From the NCBI RefSeq assembly GCF_964355755.1, contig NC_092672.1, positions 26,232,437 through 26,296,436 of the forward strand: a stretch of 64,000 nucleotides of DNA, read 5' to 3'. Below are positions 52,607-61,410 of this stretch, in pieces (the first letter of the stretch is position 1; the number at the start of each line of letters is the position of its first letter). The stretch comes from Antedon mediterranea (lineage: Eukaryota; Animalia; Echinodermata). The notes under the pieces were generated by a model that was not told where the DNA came from, made no database searches, and was given only the letters and a program-made list of their open reading frames with translations. Position numbers and translations under genes: made by a program.

Positions 52607-54578
52607 CTGTAAATATTTTATGTAAATCATTTTAGTTTTAGTTTTCAGCCGGTTAACATTCTAGTGTGTGAAATAAAGAAATAACTTAAAATTGTATTCT
52701 TATTGTTCATAAGCTTTATGTAGTAACTTTTTTTTCTTTTAGGCAATTCAATATGATACGAACCTTGATTTCTTTAATACTTTAACTTCCTCGTAGTTCA
52801 AATAATCCTGTGTAGTAGAGTTAGGTTTAGCAATGATTATCATGCAAATACACAGGAAATAGTTCACTATTACCTTTAAACTTGATCGTAGTTAAATTAC
52901 CTATAATAAAAAATTGCCAAGGACACTCATAAGCAATAACACAATAAATATAATATGTAATATTTACAAGGGGGAAAAGAGAGTCGATCCCCTCTCTATT
53001 CGTTTAGTGTACCATTACGTTCTGTAACGTGCACTGTGTGCACGGGACCTACGCCTTTATGTACCATACTAGATGCGAGAATAAGACGTTAATAGGAAAA
53101 CAAAATCATTGTTGTCAAAATCCAGTATTTTTTCGAGTGTTATTGATTTGTAGTAGGCTACCAAACACTAGCATAATACATTGAGAAAACGTCTTGTTGC
53201 TATTAAGATAACAATGTGGCAATTACAGCATGGAAGTATAAAATAGAACAGTAGCACGATGTTAATTGTTATCCTTTGGAAAAATGAATAATAGTAAAAC
53301 TATATTATATAGATTTCTCCAGTATCATAGGAATATGTGATAGGCATAATATAATATCATACGTGTTTCACATGTATCTACCATTATCATATTTAACTTA
53401 ACCTTACATGATAAAGCACCACGTATGATATGAATGAGAAGCTGTATTACTAATATACAGCACTGAGAATCGGGTGACCAGATATGCTTTAAAGTTTCCA
53501 GCCGCATACTAGCATCTAGTTTACTAAACAAATATAACATAATGTCTACATCTATCACCTTACTTACGTACGCCGCTTACCTTATTTCTTAATATACTGT
53601 AAGTTTCAGTCTCAGCCTTACCTGCCGTTATGTAGTGAGGCTAAACATTACTATTAACCTTCAAGAATAATGCAGTATGTATCAATTTGCGCGCATAATC
53701 TTTATTGGTCACCGATGCGGTACCCACAAACTTGTGTTTTGACAATAGATACTTAGTATATACTTCCTTGGGATTACTGCACCGATGTAGGTGAATTGGA
53801 TAGTAACATCTGTATACAGTATTGCTGTATTCCTGCATAATCTTAGTTCATAATTGTGTTCTGTTTATTTTTTTTCACCTTTTCACTCACTTTGTCTCTG
53901 GAACAGAACATTACGTTGTATTGTAAATAAAGTAGGCCTGCAATTCATATTTTATAATGTAATGTATATAATGTAAACCTTTGTTTTTGTAATGTAAGAA
54001 GAAATGTATTTCAAATTTAGCAGCAATGAGGTTTAACCACCGGGAAAACATATATTTTAATGGATTATAATAATTAAAAAATATATGTAAAGAATACAGT
54101 TAAATTATTAAGTTGTGAATAACATTTGTAAAATGCAGAATAGAGAATCAATCATTTTTATTTCAAATTGTACAGTTTTTAAGTGAATTCTAAATCTAAA
54201 CTTTAGTGTTGTCAATTGTATTCCCTGGCTATAAGTATATTTTTTAAATAACATAATAACAGAAAGGCTAAATGCTTAAGTAATCAAGGGACCATAAACA
54301 TAAAACAAGACTTTATATGCAAGAGTTTTTATAGGCTGCTTAAATGTTATGCCAAATCAATTTATATAATTGTGTATTGTAGTTTGTATCTAACGTCATC
54401 TTACCGTCAGAATGGATCTGTTATAAAGTAAGTACTGGTTATTCAAAGTTAGATAGTTATTTAAAAAACTGTTTAAGAATAAATTCAGACGTTGTATTCT
54501 AAATAATGTTTTCCATGTTTATTGAGCCTGGATTTTAATTTTTAAAAACCATTTAGTCTTTTTTTTTCTTCTGAACAA

Positions 54579-56299
54579 TTAATAATTAAATATTTTCACA
54601 TTGTTTGCCCCATAATTAGCAACAGCTAATCTCCTTGGATTATTACTGATAACAGTGATTCCAGCAGGAGTATCAATGTTGTCATTTACGCCATCTATTC
54701 GTTTTATAAAGATACCATTCTTATCAAACAATTGTAGTTTATGGTCACTGGACACTATCATATTTTCCTCCACGTCCATTACTATACTTCTAGCGTTCCA
54801 TACCTTCCCATCTTCCTTACCTCTGTCTACAATTGTCTTCATGAACATACCATTTGCATTGAACAATTGTATTGTATTGGTACCCTGATCAGGAACAAGT
54901 AAATTACCCTTCTTGGTTAAAGTAGCATCATGTGGTGCAGTTAGTGGTGGCCTACCATTCGAACCAATCTTGCCCAACAGCTTTCCACCATCAATATTAA
55001 ATTGATATATATAGAGTGAGTTTCACTGTCTGCAACATACAGAACTCGTGTTTCATTGTTTACTGCCAAACCTTCTGGAAATTCTAATATTCGTTTACCA
55101 AATTGAGTGACTACTTTAAATCTATCGTTACACATTACAATACTCTTTATTGCTGCATCAGTAAACATAAAATAACCATTTTCCATTTGATGTATTCTAT
55201 AGACTATGACACCAGTAACCTGTACATTTTCCATGAATGAACCTGATTGGTTGAATTTCAGCAACTCATTACACCAACTTGATACTAATATACAACCATA
55301 GTTGTCTAATTTCACATAGATTGCATTTCTTGCGTCATCTATTTTAAGGGTTCCTATGTTTTCAATGGTACGTAAACGGCGTGGTATAACTGTGATATTC
55401 ACTGGTGAACCTTTGATGCTAGCAACTCCAGCACTGATCTCCATCTTCCACTCACCTTCATCATTGCTTCTGCCGTTTATTTTATACTTCCCACTGTACG
55501 TGTATTCTACTTCATCAACGGCAATGTTGTCACATGATGGCTTGTTCAACATAGCAGTTAATGCACTTGAATCACTTTCATCTACTTTTTCAACATTCAC
55601 TGTAAACTGCTGTCCCTTTACAACAGTAATAAATTGATCATCTGTATTAATGCTGTACCTTTTATCAACACATGTGATTTTACCAAGGCCTTTCGATATA
55701 GCATCATGCATGTCTGCATTTATTGTGAAGTTTGGTGTAAGATTTTTTGCATACGAGTAGAATTTGTCTTTCATTTGTTTGATTTTTTGTTCAATCCCTT
55801 CCATGTCCAATTTGAATTTGTCAAGTATGTTTGTATTTTCCGGTTTATCCTTCATATCTGTAGCTGATGTCTTAAGACTTTGTAATTACATTTGGTGTGG
55901 TTCGAGTTCTTTTACTTGACTTTCAATTGAATCCTTCTTTTGTTTACATACAGTATAAAGATACGTCATTAGTTTCTCTCCTTCCTCTTTAACTTTTCTA
56001 ACAGTAGCGTCTACATGGTTTTTAATCAGTTTTGTAATGTAGGCCTAATCTACTTGTAACTTAAACTCCCTGTCATCGTTAATTATGGAATTAAAAATAT
56101 CTTCCAATTCTTGTTTTATATCTCTGGCAGACGTTGTAACTTCATTTACCTTTTTGTTAAATTCATCGACAGCAATTGTATAACAACTTACAAACTGTTC
56201 ACAATCCTTACATGCACTTTTGGTACAAGTTGTACAAAACCGTTCCAGTGTATTAGTAGGATGGTCTTGGCATCTAAACTGGACCGATTGACTCGACAT
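54579..56299 (-). pseudogene. TRIM-NHL-like pseudogene, copy B
   Basis: Full-length paralog with the acceptor AG changed to CG, a 27-nt deletion removing the last B-box His, a 6-nt insertion creating TAG at 56045-56047, a TAA at 55886-55888 and a TA-slippage frameshift near 55005-55013. Confidence 0.9.
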
Positions 56300-57439
56300 C
56301 GGTAAATATTTATAAAATTAATTTAGAAATTTTAAATAATAATGTTGAATTTATAAAACATTTTAATGTTCATTAACTTTGGTTTAAATCTTCACTTTCG
56401 AATGTTTTCCTGTTGTGTTTCTGTTAAGTTAATTAACAACTTACCTTATTTCCTGGATTTATTGTAACTTCCTCGTATGTAGTTCTTACGTTTACCATTT
56501 AAAGTTGGCAGTAATGGAGTGTATACTTCTATACAAATCAGTAACAAATGGGTATATGAAACAACTCATGCATGACATTGGTCACAGTTAAATGATCTTA
56601 TACAATGTGTTTGATATTAATAGGCCAAGATATAACAAGTATAAATCAAATTCTATAAGCACAATAGGTGTTATTTATAGAAGTAATTTCCCAACAGAAT
56701 AAGGTGGTACTACCTGTAATGTGAAGGTACTTCCTCCCGGTGCATATAATACACTTCATGATCAATCATTAGTCTTTCTTGCAGGATATGTTTATTCTTG
56801 TAGACAGTTTGAAGCTGGTATACACTGGCACACTTTTCTTCCCAAACTCTGAATTTGTTCAGTGTGCAAACACAAGTGTGCTTGTGAAGACTATAGGCTT
56901 ATAGCTCGGTATAAACTATTAAACTAGTATTTTTAAAAAGTTTTAAAAAAAAGTTTAAAAAAAAAGTGATATGACATCATTTTTTGTCACATAAATTTGA
57001 TAGTGTAGACAGATTAGCGGCATCAATTGCAACAAATACATACTAGTAATAGGAATTACGATTTGCGTCTCTGCAAAGTAGCTATCCTGATGTAATATTT
57101 TCCATCAGTGAGTTTGTGCCCTCATGGGTAGTTTTCTTCGTTGTCTATTGTTTTAGAATCACAGCTTCACATAAGATACGTAAGTTACGATACGTTCAAA
57201 CAGTCTCGTTTACTACAGTAGGAGATTGTGTGAATAGGGAGAAATTCTGACAAACATTTGAATACAAGCAAACCAAACTAGCAATTCACAATGCATCTAT
57301 AATGTTTCTATTTTAACTGGTACAGTGTTTAATTATAATTATACACTTTCAAATATAGATTATACACCATGATGAAATCATAAAAAAGAGGCTGAAAATA
57401 CAATTTCAGGAGAAAACAAATATAACTAAAAAATAGTGT

Positions 57440-58088
57440 AGAGTACATTCGACGTCACTAAACATAACATTATCAATTCCTATTTTATGTACTTTATAGA
57501 CTTGGAAGTTTGGAATTGGTATGTTGGCAATAAATAAATAGTATTGGTTAATTTTCAGAAACTCATTAGAATAGATTTGTAGTAATAAACAACCGCCTTT
57601 AATGCTATAACCTCCGCTTCCTATGTCCCCTGCCGCCAATCCAATGTTGTTGTCACGTGATGGATTTATCAGAGTAGCAGTCAATGTACAAGTATACCAT
57701 TCATCCACATGTTTTACCTTCACTGAAAATGGTTGTCCCATGATAACGTTAACTGATTTATCATTTTTATTAATGATGTACCTTTTATAAACACGTGATT
57801 TTACCGATTACATTGGAAATAGCACCATCCAGCTCTGTATTTATTGTAAAGTTTGGTGTAAGAGTAGGCCTATTTCAATAAGAGGAAAATTTGTCTTGAT
57901 ATTTTGTTTAACTTCTTCAATATCCGATTTGTAACTATCACGTATGGTTTGCAGTTTTATTATGGTTTGCAATTACTGGTATTTCATTTTCTCTGTCACA
58001 ACTAATTACAACCTCTATTTTTTCCTTGCTATCTGTGATTGACGTTGAGATGGTTTTGAGATTTGAACGGCATCTCTTGACTCAACGT
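57440..58088 (-). pseudogene. Heavily degraded TRIM-NHL-like pseudogene, copy C
   Basis: Acceptor followed by ACG (mutated ATG) TTGAGTCAAGAG; remnants such as LTPNFTINTELDG, MGQPFSVKV and FIANIPIPN align with copies A and D, with large deletions. Confidence 0.85.
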
Positions 58089-58841
58089 CTGTAAACATTT
58101 TTTTTTAACTAACTATTTAACTAATATGCATTACCATAAGTGTTTAAATCCTGTGTTAACCTAAGTAAACATTTTTCTGATTTGTTTATAAAAAGTTTTT
58201 TTTTTTAATTTGATTCTATAACAAAACAAATGATTTTTAAAGAATTGATTTCGCCATAGAGTTATTTATTACTATGGTTTTCCATACATACTTTTACACT
58301 ATAATGATATACAATGCCCCATGTATCAGTGCCACCTAAACTTACATATTGCTATTTTATACTTTAGTTATAAGTATATTTTACGTAAAATGTTAACAGA
58401 AAGAATTATAATGCTTCAACAATTACGCGCCAATAAACATAAAACAAGAATGTGTATTCAGAGCAAGGCTACTCAGATTTGATACCATTGCATACATGTA
58501 GTTTTTAACTGACGCTATCTTACCCTCCATATAGCTAGTTTTTCAAATTGGTTTTTGTAAATAAAAACTGGTTATTCCAAATAAGATATCATAATCTAAC
58601 CGTTATTATTGATATTATTATGTATGATAATTAATTTATGATAGATTAGAGTTAAACAACTATGAAGAAGGATTTTATACAAACTGTTTATATAATTACA
58701 TGTATATAATTATTTGTAAAATAAATTATGGCACCGCATTTTGCCCTCTACATCTTTCTAAAATACATTATGTTATAACATAATAACTTGTTATTCCAAA
58801 TAAGAAATCTCTAAAAGCTATTTACAATCTAGCAAGAATAG

Positions 58842-59196
58842 TTAAAGATGTATTGTCCACCAAAAACATCAAAAGTGAAGATTAATTAAATTAGACTTTG
58901 AATAGGTTATTTTGTAGTTTTAATAAAGTGAATCACTTCCGTAGAAAAAAAACCGGAAACAATAATGTTTTCACTTATAAAATAACATGATGAATGATTA
59001 AATTCAACCAAAAATCCATTGGCTGGCAGCCATTTTGACCAGTTTTTGCTTTAAATTTCCAGTTTTTTTAGGTAAATAAAATTGTTTTCGATCCAATTTT
59101 TGGTTGAAGTCAATAACTATTATGTGACATTTAAAAATGGCATAATCAACAAAAAAATATTATAAAAAATATTTTTCAGGGGGACAATACTATATA
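58842..59196. mobile_element. Degenerate Kolobok-like MITE downstream of copy D
   Basis: TTAA-AGATGTATTGTCCACC left end and GGGGGACAATACTATA-TAA right end; a shorter relative with GTATTGTTCCC / GGGAACAATAC lies at ~49365-49455. Confidence 0.45.
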
Positions 59197-59302
59197 ATGG
59201 CTATAATGTCTTCCATGCGCAGATTTCACTTTTGTTTAAACATTAGTTTATACAGTAGTGACTTCGTGCAGGTGTGACGTCAATGTGCTTTCAACAATTT
59301 GT

Positions 59303-61036
59303 TTAATAATTAAATATTTTAACGTTGTTTGCCCCATAATTAGCAACAGCTAGTCTCCTTGGGTTATTACTGATTACAGTGATTCCAGCAGGAGTATCAA
59401 TGTTATCATTTACGTCATCTATTCGTTTTATAAAGATACCATTCTTATCAAACAATTGTAGTTTATGGTCACTGGACACTATTAGATTCTCCTCCTTGTC
59501 CATAACTATACTTCTAGGGTTCCAAACTTTGCCATCTTCCTTACCTCCGTCTACAATTGTTTTCATAAATACACCATTAGAATTAAACATTTGTATTGTA
59601 TTAATACTACAATCAGGTATTAATAAATTACCTTCTTTAGTTGAAATGATGTCATATGGTGTAATCAGATTACCTTTTGAACTTATCTTACCCTTCAGCT
59701 TCCCATTATCCTTACTAAATGTATAAACACAGCGGCCCTTTCTGTCTGTAATATACATAATTCGTGTTTCATTATTTACGGCCAAACCACTTGGAAATTT
59801 TAATGTTCCTTTACCCAATTGATAAATTTCTTCATATCTATCATTACATATAACAACACTCCCTCTTTCAGGGTCACTAAACATATACTGACCAATTCCT
59901 ACATGGAGTATTTTATGAGCCTGGACATTTGGAACCTTTATATTGGCAATGAATGAACCTGATTGGTTGAATTTCAACAATTCATTAGAAAGACTTGATA
60001 CTAACATACAACCGTTACTATCTAATGCTACATCTGTTACGTTGTAAGTGTTATCTTCCTTTAGTGATCCTATGTTGTCAATGGTTTGTACAAGTGTTGG
60101 TAAAACCGTGATATTCACTGGTGAACCTTTGATGCTAGCAACGCCGTTGGTGATCTCCATCTTCCACTCACCTTCCTCATTACATCTTCCTTTTATTGTA
60201 CTCTTTCCACTTTCCATATATTCTACCTTATGAATGGCAATATTTGTATGCGATTGCTTGATTAATTTAGCAGTTAATGTGCCTGTATCATGTTCGTCTA
60301 CATTTTCAACTGTCACTGCAAAAGGTTGACCCTTTATAGCAGTAATGCATTGGTCATCTTCAGTAATAATGTATCTTTTATCAACACTTGTGATTTTACC
60401 GAGCCCTTTCGATATGTCACCATCCAGTTCTGCATTTATTGTGAAGTTTGGTGTAAGATTATTTTCATAAGAAATGAATTCGTGATTCATTTTGTCGATA
60501 TTTTGTTTAACTTCTTCAATATCCGATTTGTAACTATCAAGTAGGGTTTTAAATTCCGGTTTGTCTGTAATTTCTGTAACTGATGCCTTCAGATTTTGTA
60601 ATTGCAATTGGTGTGGTTCGAGTTCCTTTACTTGTCTATCAATGGCTTCCTCCTTTCTTTTACATACAATGTTAAGATTCATCATTAGTTTCTCTCCTTC
60701 GTCTTTAACTTTTTTGACAACAACTTCTACGAGGTTTTCAATCAGTTTTTTAATGTAACCTACTTGCAACTTAAACTCCCTGTCATCACTAATTATGGAA
60801 TTAAAAATGTCTTCCAATTCCTGCTTTGCATCTTTGGCAGACATTATAACTTCATTTACCCTTTTGTTAAATGCATCAACAGCAATTACCATAGGTTTGG
60901 TATCATGTTTTTCTGTATAACAACTTACAAACTGTTCACAATCCTTACATGTACTTTTTGTACAAGTTGTACAAAACCGTTCCAGTGTATTAGTAGGATG
61001 GTCTTGGCATCTGAACTGGACCGATTGACTCGACAT
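59303..61036 (-). CDS. RING-less TRIM2/3-like protein (B-box2, coiled coil, filamin, NHL), copy D, 577 aa
   Basis: Intact ORF paralogous to copy A, with acceptor tttacag immediately before the ATG and an upstream short exon with a gtaagt donor at 61207. Confidence 0.9.
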   Translation of the reverse strand: MSSQSVQFRCQDHPTNTLERFCTTCTKSTCKDCEQFVSCYTEKHDTKPMVIAVDAFNKRVNEVIMSAKDAKQELEDIFNSIISDDREFKLQVGYIKKLIENLVEVVVKKVKDEGEKLMMNLNIVCKRKEEAIDRQVKELEPHQLQLQNLKASVTEITDKPEFKTLLDSYKSDIEEVKQNIDKMNHEFISYENNLTPNFTINAELDGDISKGLGKITSVDKRYIITEDDQCITAIKGQPFAVTVENVDEHDTGTLTAKLIKQSHTNIAIHKVEYMESGKSTIKGRCNEEGEWKMEITNGVASIKGSPVNITVLPTLVQTIDNIGSLKEDNTYNVTDVALDSNGCMLVSSLSNELLKFNQSGSFIANIKVPNVQAHKILHVGIGQYMFSDPERGSVVICNDRYEEIYQLGKGTLKFPSGLAVNNETRIMYITDRKGRCVYTFSKDNGKLKGKISSKGNLITPYDIISTKEGNLLIPDCSINTIQMFNSNGVFMKTIVDGGKEDGKVWNPRSIVMDKEENLIVSSDHKLQLFDKNGIFIKRIDDVNDNIDTPAGITVISNNPRRLAVANYGANNVKIFNY

Positions 61037-61410
61037 CTGTAAATATTTATATAATTCATTAAAACATTTTTAATATTATTGTTGAATTAACAATATTATA
61101 GTTTATTAAAAGCATTAAACAACTGTTTTGGCGTTCAATAACTTTAGTCTAAATATACGAATGTTTTCTGGGGGTTTTTTTTCTGCTAATTTTAATAAGC
61201 AACTTACCTTATTTCCTGTATAATGTAACTTCCTCGTACGTAGTTATACCATTACGTTTATATTATGGTTACCAGTAATGGAGTGCAGTGTGACGTGGTA
61301 TACTTTTATACAAATTGGTAACAAATGTATATGAATGGCGTATACTAGATGAACTCATGCATAAGCTAAGAACGTGGTCACAGTTAATGATCCTATACAA
61401 ATTGTTTTAA

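Noticed and set aside
52607-52630. MIYIKYLQ N-terminal extension of copy A
   Set aside because: It lies in the intron upstream of the conserved tttacag acceptor; the paralogs start at MSSQ.
50876-61036. Retrocopy origin for each TRIM-NHL paralog
   Set aside because: The copies share a 5' intron and flanking sequences and lack poly(A) tails, which supports tandem DNA duplication.
50973-61042. Many plus-strand ORFs of 60-115 aa overlapping the TRIM-NHL genes
   Set aside because: They are antisense shadows of the minus-strand coding frames, and none resembles the missing MANBA exons.
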